DNA of 63,840 nt, counting the filler. It is 12 parts of 12 records of this genome, joined end to end, with 100 filler letters (N's around TTAATTAATTAA, not from the genome) between each part and the next. Parts side by side here need not be neighbours in the genome. Positions count along the whole stretch, not along the records: positions 12,282 to 17,432 come from SRR11831586_1317; positions 17,533 to 30,438 come from SRR11831586_1325; 10 more parts are not named here. One strand, given 5' to 3'. Under the pieces are notes generated by a model, which saw only the letters and a program-made list of their open reading frames with translations, was not told the DNA's origin and searched no databases. The position numbers were made by a program, and so were the translations under genes. Below are positions 12,508 through 21,729 of the stretch, one piece after another (the stretch's first letter is position 1; every line of letters starts with the position of its first letter).

Positions 12508-13389
12508 TGCACTCCCAAAGTGGCTACGACATCACTCGCTGTTTCGCGGGTACTGCCTTTGCTGGATATAGCCCGGCGAGCACTGACGCGGTGCAGATTG
12601 AAGCCGTGCTGTTCGTAAAGTTCAATTACGCGCGGTGCGGTAGAATTGCTGATCACCACTTTTGCCCCCCGCTGGTGGGCTGCCACACAGCTTTCCGCAA
12701 GCTCTACCTGGCTATCCCATGAGAACCCACCAGCCGCGTAGTTAGTGAAACCAGCGGTGCCGGGAAGCGGCTCATAAGGCGGATCGCAGTAAACGACGTC
12801 ACCATCACCTGCCAGCGCGAGCGTGCGCCTGAAGCCTGCATTCATGAATACGCATGCGTGAGCCTTCCGCTTAAATGCCTTGATCTCTTCTTCCGGGAAA
12901 TATGGCGCTTTATATTTCCCAAAGCCGACGTTAAAAAAAACCGTCCAGGTTGTAACGAATCAGGCCGTTGAAGCAGTGCCGATTGAGGTAAAGGAATGCT
13001 GCTGCACGCTCGACCGCATCCAGCCGCTGCGCGTTGAATGCTTCACGAATTAACGTATAGTTTTCGGCATCATTAAGATGCCTGAATGCCTTCATTGCCT
13101 CATAGATCACCGAATCGGGGACCACCGCCAGCATCTGATACAGGTTAATCAGGTCAGCGCTGACGTCAGCCAGAAGGAAGCGTTCGTGCTTGTCTGAGTT
13201 AAGGAACACCGAGCCGCCACCCACAAAAGGCTCAATAAGGCGTTTACCTGCGGGGATCAAACGATCCAGTTCCGGCAGCAGCGAATATTTGCCGCCAGCC
13301 CATTTAAGGAACGGGCGCTGCCAGCTGCGCAGCGCCGGTTCTTCTATGGGCATCGCCGCAGCTCCACTGCAAACAGATCCGTATCTCAT
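12504..13389 (-). pseudogene. dam: Phage Dam-family N6-adenine methyltransferase split by one extra base (pseudogene or recoded gene)
   Basis: 5' ORF has FLKWAGGK, IEPFVGGG and NRHCFNG. The 3' frame continues NVGFGKYKAPYFPE...DPPY. The break is at A8, 12933-12940. Confidence 0.9.
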
Positions 13390-13538
13390 GCTGCCTCCTG
13401 CCTTTCCCGATATTCCTCAGCGAGCCGCTGCGCCTTTAATGGATTGCTGACCACTTCACCCCATGGTATTAGCCAGCAGTTACCAATGAAGGGGAGGCAC
13501 AGTGTGCCTACGCTGATGTCGTCGTGAGCGTGAGTCAT
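13386..13538 (-). CDS. DUF1317 family protein (lambda orf60a-like), 50 aa, absent from the ORF track
   Basis: [11 protein letters not shown]...NPLKAQRLAEE; ATGA overlaps at both ends. Confidence 0.8.
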   Translation of the reverse strand: MTHAHDDISVGTLCLPFIGNCWLIPWGEVVSNPLKAQRLAEEYRERQEAA

Positions 13539-13963
13539 AGGATGGACTCCATTTCGTCGATATAGAGGCCCTGAGCAATCAGGCGGCGACGGCGTGCTGC
13601 ACGTTCAATGCACTCCTGCCGCCTGCCTTCCTGCGACTGCTCTATGGCGCGCCGGGTGAACAGCCGAGATTTACCCTGCGGCGTAATGACCTTTGGCTTC
13701 GTAACCAGGTCGAATGTCCGGTCGCAGATGCCGTCCTCGTTGATCCATTTTTCCGACTCAACGATCTGCGCTATCTGTCCGGTGCCGCGGGTGATGCCGT
13801 TGGCGACCCGGTTAAACTCAATGAGCGATACGCCAAACTTCTCGGCGATTTCGCTGCCAGTGACCGGGCGGCCGCGCGTCTGAATCATCCAGATAACGCG
13901 TTCACGGAGGCCGGAGAATTGCCCGGCTCGCCCGGGCCTGCGGTAGAATGGTGTGCGTTTCAT
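13535..13963 (-). CDS. Phage hypothetical protein with probable helix-turn-helix
   Basis: [17 protein letters not shown]-like segment; ATG overlaps the exo stop. Confidence 0.7.
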   Translation of the reverse strand: MKRTPFYRRPGRAGQFSGLRERVIWMIQTRGRPVTGSEIAEKFGVSLIEFNRVANGITRGTGQIAQIVESEKWINEDGICDRTFDLVTKPKVITPQGKSRLFTRRAIEQSQEGRRQECIERAARRRRLIAQGLYIDEMESIL

Positions 13964-14640
13964 TTCCACTGTTCCCCGAACGTGAAGCCGATCTCTGCCA
14001 GCGCCTCGTCCATCTTCTCGATGAACTCCGGCACCATTTCGTTGAAATCGGACATGTACTGAGGATCCCGCTCAACGACGACGTGGTGAATGCCTTCGCG
14101 TTTCATGCGCGGGTCGTAGTTTGCAAAGAACCATGCGTCTTTTCCGGTCACCCACATGCTGTACTGCACCTGGGCCATGTACGCAGACTTGATGGCTTCG
14201 AAACCGCCAAGGCGGAATTTCATGAAGTCGCGGGAGGTGAAAGGGCATTTAAGCTCAAGGCCGAACCCGTTACTGCACAGGCCGTCAGGGGAGCAGGCGG
14301 TGCGCATGCTCTCGTCACGGAACAAGATCGGAGACTCCGTGACTTTCACGTCAGTGGTGAACTCGAAGAGGGTGCGGGCGTCTTCTTCGTACTGCTTGCC
14401 CCAGGCCAGCGCCTTGGCGTTAACCTCTGGCGCTACACCGGTGCATACCTCGGCGAGCAAGGTGTGGAAGTAGGACATTTTCATGTCTGTCCATTTGCTG
14501 CCAGATCGAGGCTTGGAAATGACGTTGTGAGCGTCAGAGGCAGTAATAACTCCGAGCCTTAATTTGGCCCATGCTTCATCACCTTGCTCTACGGTGGACA
14601 CATCTATGCCGGTCCGGGCCAGGATAATTTCTGGTGTCAT
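13960..14640 (-). CDS. exo: Lambda-type (Red alpha/YqaJ) exonuclease
   Basis: 226 aa, [25 protein letters not shown]. Confidence 0.95.
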   Translation of the reverse strand: MTPEIILARTGIDVSTVEQGDEAWAKLRLGVITASDAHNVISKPRSGSKWTDMKMSYFHTLLAEVCTGVAPEVNAKALAWGKQYEEDARTLFEFTTDVKVTESPILFRDESMRTACSPDGLCSNGFGLELKCPFTSRDFMKFRLGGFEAIKSAYMAQVQYSMWVTGKDAWFFANYDPRMKREGIHHVVVERDPQYMSDFNEMVPEFIEKMDEALAEIGFTFGEQWK

Positions 14641-15554
14641 GCTGCCGCCTTCTTCTTGAGGAAGCCTAAGGCCTTAACTGCCTCGGCTTGGGTAAGCTCG
14701 GATGAATCGCGAATATCACGACGGAAAATTTGCGAACAGACTGGGAGCAGGTTTTCTTCCCATGTCTTATCCATTGCGATAAGGACGTCGTTAATCTCCT
14801 TGATAATTTCGTCTCCTGCTGGGGTTACATCGCGTTCTGGCTGGCGTTCTGCTGAGAAGTTGATACCTTCCTCACCCTCGGTATTAACATGGTCGATGGC
14901 GGCATCCAGGCGCTCACGTCGAGGCCAGTATTTTGCTGCCTGCTTCACGACCGTCTTTAGGATCATCTGCTCTTCATCGGTGACCCATGGACACTTCTTG
15001 CTGTTGTCAGATTTGTACTTCTTCCATGCTTCAGACCGGTCACGGATGGAGTAGATGGCATCGATGCGCATCGTATGGGTAAGGTAATCACCATCGTCAG
15101 TTTTTACCGTTACATACGCCCCTACAATGTCCCCGCGCTGCTCTTCAGTATCAAAGTCGTTGTAGATGTGGATCGGCGGCTTATCGAGCCCCTCGCGGCG
15201 GAACTGGTCGTTTCTTCGAACAATAGCCGACTGGCACCACTTAATGGCGCCAGACTGCTGCGCGATGTGCATCAGGCCCATGTAACTGATGTCGAGGCAA
15301 ATAGCCCCTTTACGCGGAACCAGGTAAGCCAGCTTCTGAGCTGGGTTTAGCGAAATACCGATAGCCGCAACGTTGATGATCGCGTTCTGTGTGCTGGTCT
15401 GGTTCTGGAATGCAACTTTCGCGAGGTAGTCGTTGTTCTGAAATAGCTGGATGGCGAACTGACTTTCCTTCGCCCACACCATCCGCTCGTCAGTGGCCGC
15501 CTTAATGAAAAGCGGCTCCTGTTGTTTGACGAAATCAACAAGGGTTAAGCTCAT
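14637..15554 (-). CDS. recT: RecT-family single-strand annealing protein
   Basis: [29 protein letters not shown] motifs; upstream of exo. Confidence 0.88.
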   Translation of the reverse strand: MSLTLVDFVKQQEPLFIKAATDERMVWAKESQFAIQLFQNNDYLAKVAFQNQTSTQNAIINVAAIGISLNPAQKLAYLVPRKGAICLDISYMGLMHIAQQSGAIKWCQSAIVRRNDQFRREGLDKPPIHIYNDFDTEEQRGDIVGAYVTVKTDDGDYLTHTMRIDAIYSIRDRSEAWKKYKSDNSKKCPWVTDEEQMILKTVVKQAAKYWPRRERLDAAIDHVNTEGEEGINFSAERQPERDVTPAGDEIIKEINDVLIAMDKTWEENLLPVCSQIFRRDIRDSSELTQAEAVKALGFLKKKAAA

Positions 15555-15563
15555 AGTCCCTCC

Positions 15564-15845
15564 TTAAAATGGGCAGATTGGATGAAGGCGATCCCACTCT
15601 TCTTCGGCGCGGTCGTAACAGATGCGTGTGACATAGTCGTTATAGGCTTCCTCTGCCTTTTCACCGACTAGTGCCATTTGCGCTTCTTTTGGGAGAAACA
15701 GGCTACTCATTTGCAGAGCATATTTCGGGAACATGGCGATCAGTTCTTTCGCCCGGTCGTCGATCCACTTCTCTTTCTCGTCGGTGAGTTGCTGCTCAAC
15801 CCAGCGCCGTTCTTCGATGCGGTCGTAAGTGAGGTATGCGTTCAT
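15564..15845 (-). CDS. gam: Gam-like host nuclease (RecBCD) inhibitor
   Basis: MNAYLTYDRIEERRW resembles lambda GamS MNAYYIQDRLEAQSW; gam-recombinase-exo order. Confidence 0.75.
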   Translation of the reverse strand: MNAYLTYDRIEERRWVEQQLTDEKEKWIDDRAKELIAMFPKYALQMSSLFLPKEAQMALVGEKAEEAYNDYVTRICYDRAEEEWDRLHPICPF

Positions 15846-15852
15846 GTTTGCC

Positions 15853-16821
15853 TCAATATTTGATGTGCGCGTCCTGCACTTTGCCGCCAGCGATCGCCAG
15901 CACTGCTTTCTGTGCGTATTCTTCTGGGATGCCCTGAGCAATCAGATCTGCGTAGACACGACGATTGACGGTGCGGCGGTGCTCTTTGTCTGCGGCTCGG
16001 CGCGCTTCTTCTTCAGCTTTGCGCTGCTCTTCGACCAAACGGGCGGCTTCTGCCTCTTCCTGGCGGCGGCGCTCGGCGGCAACGGCTTCTTCTTTTTCGC
16101 GGCGCGCACGCTCTTCGGTTTCCTTCTTCTCGCGTTCCGCACGCTGTTCCGCTTCAATGCGCTGGCGTTCAGCCAGCTCTGCACGTGCTTTCTCTTCAGC
16201 TTCACGGCGCGCTGCGGCTTCAATCTCCGCTTTGTGCTTCGCTTCGGCATCTCGGCGGGCTTGTTCTGCTGCTTCGCGCTTAATGCGCTCTTCGTGCTCA
16301 CGCCGAGCCTGTTCCGCCAGGCGGCGCTGCTCTTCGCGGTCACGGTCGAAATCCTTGTTCATCAGCAGAGCCATTTCGTGGTCTGCTTCGAACTTGGCCG
16401 CCAACTCCTGATCGAACTTGATGTTCATTTCCAGCGCTTCGGCGTGCAGCGCGTTCATGGCTTCTTCAGCCTTAATGCGTTCCTGCTCGGCTTCCCATTC
16501 GGTGAGTGGGCGGCGGGTTGCGTCGCGAAGCTCGTCACATGCATCAACGAAACGCTTAATTTCGGCCTCAGCAGGTCGCACAGCCTCTTTCAGGCGCTTC
16601 AGGTACTCTCGGCCCGGCTTTTCAATTGCCGTCTTACTGCGTGATACCTGCGCTGCCAGAGAGGCGACACGGTCACGTCCTTTCTTCGTGGACAGGTCCG
16701 GCACTTCGTTTACTGCCTGGCGGATTTGCTCGAGATAAGCATCAAGGCCGCCCGCTACGTAAAGCACTGGGGCCTGTTCCGGCTTGATTTCGATGACAGT
16801 TAAGTCCGTTACTTCGCTCAT
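15853..16821 (-). CDS. Phage coiled-coil protein with long E/R/K/A-rich helix
   Basis: 322 aa, SD caggag before ATG, E/R-rich central region. Confidence 0.85.
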   Translation of the reverse strand: MSEVTDLTVIEIKPEQAPVLYVAGGLDAYLEQIRQAVNEVPDLSTKKGRDRVASLAAQVSRSKTAIEKPGREYLKRLKEAVRPAEAEIKRFVDACDELRDATRRPLTEWEAEQERIKAEEAMNALHAEALEMNIKFDQELAAKFEADHEMALLMNKDFDRDREEQRRLAEQARREHEERIKREAAEQARRDAEAKHKAEIEAAARREAEEKARAELAERQRIEAEQRAEREKKETEERARREKEEAVAAERRRQEEAEAARLVEEQRKAEEEARRAADKEHRRTVNRRVYADLIAQGIPEEYAQKAVLAIAGGKVQDAHIKY

Positions 16822-16925
16822 GGTTTCTCCTGAAATTTTGATGTGCAGATCTCGCCCTCTGGTGACAGGCAGCAGTTGAATTGGTTAAGGGTTATTTGCC
16901 TATGGATCTGAAAATGCGTATATGG

Positions 16926-17432
16926 CTAGTTGATTGCTTCGTTAAGCATTTTCTCTATAGCCAGCTTGCCGTCATTTATCTGAGCAACTTGCTTATCGAA
17001 GTTCTCTTGGTAGTGGGCGAGATTCTTTTCCGATGCAGAGAATAGGCGTTCTTTGATTTTTTGTAACTCATCCCTGCTGAAAACAATGCCCATATTGCGG
17101 CACTTTTTGACATCATCAATGCTCAGGCCGTTACCATTGAGTTTTTCCAGGGCAATGCGCTTAACACACTGCCTGGCTTCTTCAATAGTCTTGTAGAACT
17201 CAACCGTATCGCTTCCACCACTGCCATCTGAATAGCAATTTACTCGTAAAGCTATATCTCCATTAGTGCTGCCCAAAAGAGATAAGCACTTGATACCTTC
17301 AAATTTCTTACGCCCATAGTAGTTGTCAATTGAAGACATAAAATCTTCATATCTTTCAATGGACGGCACACCGTAATCACGACGAATGGCAAATTTAACC
17401 TGCCCGGTCATTACATCTGCGAAATGGTCCAG
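16926..17432 (-). CDS. AT-rich phage hypothetical protein (5' end cut)
   Basis: Frame is open to the contig edge; visibly more AT-rich than neighbouring genes. Confidence 0.7.
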   Translation of the reverse strand: MDHFADVMTGQVKFAIRRDYGVPSIERYEDFMSSIDNYYGRKKFEGIKCLSLLGSTNGDIALRVNCYSDGSGGSDTVEFYKTIEEARQCVKRIALEKLNGNGLSIDDVKKCRNMGIVFSRDELQKIKERLFSASEKNLAHYQENFDKQVAQINDGKLAIEKMLNEAIN

Positions 17433-17614
17433 NNNNNNNNNNNNNNNNNNNNNNNNNNNNNNNNNNNNNNNNNNNNTTAATTAATTAANNNNNNNNNNNN
17501 NNNNNNNNNNNNNNNNNNNNNNNNNNNNNNNNGTGGCTTTTTTGGGGACGGTTTATATTTTGCTATTAGTAAAATCTATGAGAGTCGTTTTAACGGCTCT
17601 CATAGACAGAGAAG

Positions 17615-18964
17615 TTACCAGCTTACCTTCGCCTCAAATCCACCTTGTTCCGCATTCCCAAATTCAACATTCATGCCATGCAATTTGGCGATTCGCTGGA
17701 CAATCGATAGCCCAAGCCCGCTGCCGGTAGCGGTTTGTCCGGGTGGGCGATAGAAGCGTTCGCCAATTCGCGCCAGTGCCTCTGGTGTCACACCGGGGCC
17801 GTTATCCCTCACGATGAAATTATCAGCATTCAGCGTGACGTCTACCACGCTGCCCTGTGGACTGTAGCGCACGGCGTTATCCAGCAAATTTCGCACCAAC
17901 AAACTTAGCAATAGCGGTTGCCCGGTGCGTTTGATGCTGTGGGCATTGAGTGTCAGTCGCACGTCAATTTTCGCCTGCTGCGCCGTGTGGTAAATATCCA
18001 TCACCGACGATTGCAGGAGATCTTCAAGCGGGATCTCCGCGACGTCCTGAAGGTTATCCAGTGAGTCCAGCCGCGATAGCGTGAGCAGTTGATCAACCAG
18101 ACGAGTAGCGCGATCGATCCCGGAATGTAATTGGAGCAGTGCTTTTTTCCGCGCCTGCGGATCATCGTCAGAGAGCTGCGCAACTTCGGTTTGCACTTTC
18201 AGCGCCGTTAACGGGCTACGAAGTTCGTGAGCTGCGTCGGAGGTAAAGCGTCGTTCACGAACCATCATCGCATGTGTGCGGGCGAACAGTTGATTTAGCG
18301 ACTCAACCAGTGGCCGCACTTCGCTGGGTACGCCAGTCGCGTTTAGTGGTTTTTCCGAGTCAGGGTCACGCATACGTAGTGCCAGCGCCAGTTTGTTCAG
18401 CGGCGCGAGTTCACGACCCAGTAGTACCATCATGATGATTAACATAATCGGCAGTGCGACCAGCCACGGGATCAATTGCCCGGCAACAATCGCCAGCGCC
18501 ATGTCTTCACGGTATTCCCATTCCTGGCCAACAACGATGCGATATTTGCCATCAGGTGAGGTCATCCAGACAAAACGCCAAGGATCGTCTTCACCGACCA
18601 GTTGCCCGTCAGCAAAACCTTCCCGTTGATAGCTATAGGGAATATCTTCTCCGTTATCGCCATCATTAAGGACCATTCTGCCGTCGTGGGTAAAGATGGC
18701 AAAGGTCAGCGCATCGTCATCAACATGACCGTGTTTTAATCTATTTGGCGTCTGTGCCATGCGATCCGCCGCGTTGATTTCGTTGAGATCGAGCGTACTT
18801 AACCGCTTGGCAAACAGCATCAGTTGGGTGTCGAACAATTCATCGACGTTATCCGTTGTTTGTTTCCAGGCGACAAAGCTGGAAAGCAGCCAGGTCACCG
18901 AGGCCAGAATTAAAAAGATTAGCGTCAGCCTGACGCGCAGACTAAGACGTTGGGTAAATTTCAT
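17615..18964 (-). CDS. qseC: Sensor histidine kinase QseC
   Basis: [10 protein letters not shown]-box, 449 aa. Confidence 0.97.
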
Positions 18965-19620
18965 TTCTCACCTAATGTGTAACCAATACCATGCACGGTA
19001 CGAATAAAATCACTACCGAGTTTGCGTCGCAGATGATGCACATGCACTTCAACGGCATTACTGGTGACCTCTTCGTCCCAGGTATACAGTTTCTCTTCAA
19101 TCAGTTTGCGCGACAGTACCCGACCAGCGTTACGCATCAGTAATTCCAGCAGGGCAAATTCTTTTGGTTTCAGTGTTAAGGGTTCGCCAGCCAGCGTGGC
19201 GATACGTTTGCCGGGGTCGAGCATGACGTTACCGTGGCGCAGCTCGTTGCTGGCCTGGCCGTTGGTTCGGCGCATCAGAGCTTCCAGCCTGGCGGCGACT
19301 TCTATCAACGCAAAAGGTTTACACAGATAATCGTCAGCTCCCAGACGCAGCCCTTCTACACGTTCCGCCAGCGCATCGCGCGCGGTCAGGATCAGTACCG
19401 GCTCACGCTGACCTTTTTCTCGCCATTCGCGCAAAATATCGCGACCATCCATGCCTGGTAAGGTTAAATCCAGGATCACCGCATCATAAGGTGCGCTATA
19501 AAGCGCCTCTTTTCCCTGACGACCTTGTGTAAACCAGTCGACGCTAAAACCCATTTTACTAAGGCCCGTTTTGATGCCGTCGCCAATCAGCATGTCATCT
19601 TCTATCAGTAAAATTCGCAT
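18961..19620 (-). CDS. qseB: Response regulator QseB
   Basis: OmpR-family, 219 aa, overlaps qseC. Confidence 0.97.
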
Positions 19621-19706
19621 TTTTTCATCCCTGCGATAACCGTATTTGCTGCCAGTAAACCGTGTTGTAACGCGCTCTGTACAGCACTAAATTTTATTTT
19701 TTTCCC

Positions 19707-19722
19707 TTAAGAAGTTGTTAAG
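19707..19722. promoter_or_regulatory. Probable QseB/PmrA-type direct-repeat site between qseB and ygiW
   Basis: TTAAG-N6-TTAAG direct repeat. Confidence 0.6.
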
Positions 19723-19771
19723 GACTATCTTGTTAAATGCTCGGAAACAGACATTAAAGGGAGTAATAAAC

Positions 19772-20164
19772 ATGAAAAAATTCGCAGCAGTAATCGCAGT
19801 AATGGCCCTGTGCAGCGCACCGGTGATGGCAGCAGAGCAGGGCGGTTTTTCTGGCCCATCGGCAACGCAAAGTCAGGCCGGAGGATTCCAGGGGCCGAAC
19901 GGCAGCGTAACGACTGTAGAAAGCGCAAAATCCCTGCGTGACGACACCTGGGTAACCCTGCGCGGCAATATCGTTGAACGCATCTCTGACGATCTCTACG
20001 TGTTCAAAGATGCCAGCGGTACTATCAATGTTGATATCGACCACAAACGCTGGAACGGCGTGACGGTGACGCCGAAAGATACGGTTGAGATTCAGGGTGA
20101 AGTCGATAAAGACTGGAATTCTGTTGAAATTGACGTCAAACAGATCCGCAAAGTAAATCCGTAA
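19772..20164 (+). CDS. ygiW: BOF/OB-fold periplasmic stress protein YgiW
   Basis: MKKFAAVIAV start, GGFSGP/GGFQGP repeats. Confidence 0.95.
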   Translation: MKKFAAVIAVMALCSAPVMAAEQGGFSGPSATQSQAGGFQGPNGSVTTVESAKSLRDDTWVTLRGNIVERISDDLYVFKDASGTINVDIDHKRWNGVTVTPKDTVEIQGEVDKDWNSVEIDVKQIRKVNP

Positions 20165-20216
20165 TTGTTACCGCTCCCGGGACGCGTTCCCGGGAATAAT
20201 TTCGCAGGGAGGCAAA

Positions 20217-20699
20217 ATGACAAACCTGACACTGGATGTAAACATTATCGATTTCCCATCAATACCTGTGGCGATGTTGCCGCACCGCTGTAGCCCTGAA
20301 TTGCTCAACTACAGCGTGGCGAAATTTATCATGTGGCGTAAAGAGACGGGGCTTTCTCCTGTTAACCAAAGCCAGACTTTTGGCGTCGCCTGGGACGACC
20401 CTGCCACCACCGCACCGGAAGCGTTTCGCTTTGATATCTGCGGCAGCGTTAGCGAACCGATTCCCGATAATCGTTATGGTGTGAGCAATGGTGAACTTAC
20501 CGGTGGACGTTATGCCGTGGCCCGCCACGTTGGCGAGCTGGACGATATTTCACACACGGTATGGGGCATCATTCGCCACTGGCTGCCTGCAAGCGGCGAG
20601 AAAATGCGTAAAGCACCGATTCTGTTTCACTACACCAATCTTGCCGAAGGGGTGACAGAGCAGCGACTGGAAACGGATGTTTATGTGCCGTTGGCGTGA
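20217..20699 (+). CDS. ygiV: GyrI-like protein YgiV
   Basis: 160 aa, FRFDIC...GGRYAV, synteny. Confidence 0.92.
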   Translation: MTNLTLDVNIIDFPSIPVAMLPHRCSPELLNYSVAKFIMWRKETGLSPVNQSQTFGVAWDDPATTAPEAFRFDICGSVSEPIPDNRYGVSNGELTGGRYAVARHVGELDDISHTVWGIIRHWLPASGEKMRKAPILFHYTNLAEGVTEQRLETDVYVPLA

Positions 20700-20828
20700 T
20701 GCCTGACTCCAGCTTCCCTTATAAATTCCTGCTTCAAACTGGCGCTACTAATGCGCCACTTTCTTATATGGTCAATCACTTTCCTTAAAGAATACGTTTT
20801 GTGTGGTCACTATCTCCGTACATCTAAC

Positions 20829-20875
20829 TAACCTTTTAGGTGCTTTTTCATTGCTGTAATTAACCTTTTAGGTTA
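20829..20875. promoter_or_regulatory. Two MqsA operator palindromes
   Basis: taaccttttaggtgc at 20829 and taaccttttaggtta at 20861-20875. Confidence 0.85.
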
Positions 20876-20903
20876 TAACTAAAGTAACAGGGAGGCGGGG
20901 GTT

Positions 20904-21200
20904 ATGGAAAAACGCACACCACATACACGTTTGAGTCAGGTTAAAAAACTTGTCAATGCCGGGCAAGTTCGTACAACACGTAGTGCCCTGTTAAATGCAG
21001 ATGAGTTAGGTTTGGATTTTGATGGTATGTGTAATGTTATCATTGGATTATCAGAGAGCGACTTTTATAAAAGCATGACCACCTACTCTGATCATACTAT
21101 CTGGCAGGATGTTTACAGACCCAGGCTTGTTACAGGCCAGGTTTATCTTAAAATTACGGTAATTCATGACGTACTGATCGTCTCGTTTAAGGAGAAGTAA
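20904..21200 (+). CDS. mqsR: mRNA interferase toxin MqsR
   Basis: 98 aa MEKRTPHTRL...SFKEK. Confidence 0.97.
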   Translation: MEKRTPHTRLSQVKKLVNAGQVRTTRSALLNADELGLDFDGMCNVIIGLSESDFYKSMTTYSDHTIWQDVYRPRLVTGQVYLKITVIHDVLIVSFKEK

Positions 21201-21201
21201 T

Positions 21202-21597
21202 ATGAAATGTCCGGTTTGCCACCAGGGAGAAATGGTTTCTGGCATTAAAGATATTCCATACACCTTCCGTGGACGAAAAACAGTATTGAAAGGTATCCAC
21301 GGTTTATATTGTGTCCATTGCGAAGAGAGCATCATGAATAAAGAAGAGTCAGATGCTTTCATGGCGCAAGTAAAGGCATTTCGGGCTTCGGTGAATGCCG
21401 AAACAGTGGCACCTGAATTTATAGTGAAGGTTCGAAAAAAGCTCTCTCTTACCCAAAAAGAGGCAAGCGAAATTTTTGGGGGAGGTGTAAATGCGTTTTC
21501 GCGTTACGAAAAAGGCAATGCCCAACCTCATCCTTCCACAATCAAACTTTTACGTGTTCTGGATAAGCATCCAGAACTATTGAATGAAATCCGTTAA
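21202..21597 (+). CDS. mqsA: Antitoxin MqsA
   Basis: CPVC and CVHC zinc sites plus HTH, 131 aa. Confidence 0.97.
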   Translation: MKCPVCHQGEMVSGIKDIPYTFRGRKTVLKGIHGLYCVHCEESIMNKEESDAFMAQVKAFRASVNAETVAPEFIVKVRKKLSLTQKEASEIFGGGVNAFSRYEKGNAQPHPSTIKLLRVLDKHPELLNEIR

Positions 21598-21604
21598 TTA
21601 ATGG

Positions 21605-21630
21605 AAAAGCGGGGGCAACTCGCTTTTTTC
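21605..21630 (+). terminator. Intrinsic terminator after mqsA
   Basis: aaaagcgggggcaactcgcttttttc hairpin plus T run. Confidence 0.7.
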
Positions 21631-21729
21631 TTTACCGGAGTGTGAGCCAAATCACTCGCGATAAGTTTGAGCGAACAATGCCACAGGCGTATTGTTGTTG
21701 GGCTTATAATTTCTCCGGTAAGGAATACC

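Larger units (their letters stand above)
12282..17432 (-). mobile_element. Lambdoid prophage early-left (recombination) arm fragment, probably phi80-like
   Basis: Co-oriented genes, several with ATGA overlaps: gam-like, RecT, lambda-type exonuclease, DUF1317, Dam, DUF4060. The phi80 label is from recollection only. Confidence 0.9.

Noticed and set aside
12671..12678. Chi site GCTGGTGG inside the phage dam 3' half
   Set aside because: A single octamer in 5 kb is weak evidence of function.
15829..16738. Long plus-strand ORFs over the phage coiled-coil gene, and similar antisense ORFs over parC, ygiQ, ansB and fabI
   Set aside because: Shadow ORFs caused by codon bias and low complexity on the coding strand; no motifs of their own.
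20829..21630. mqsRA toxin-antitoxin module as a novel system
   Set aside because: Well-characterised K-12 locus with its known operators.
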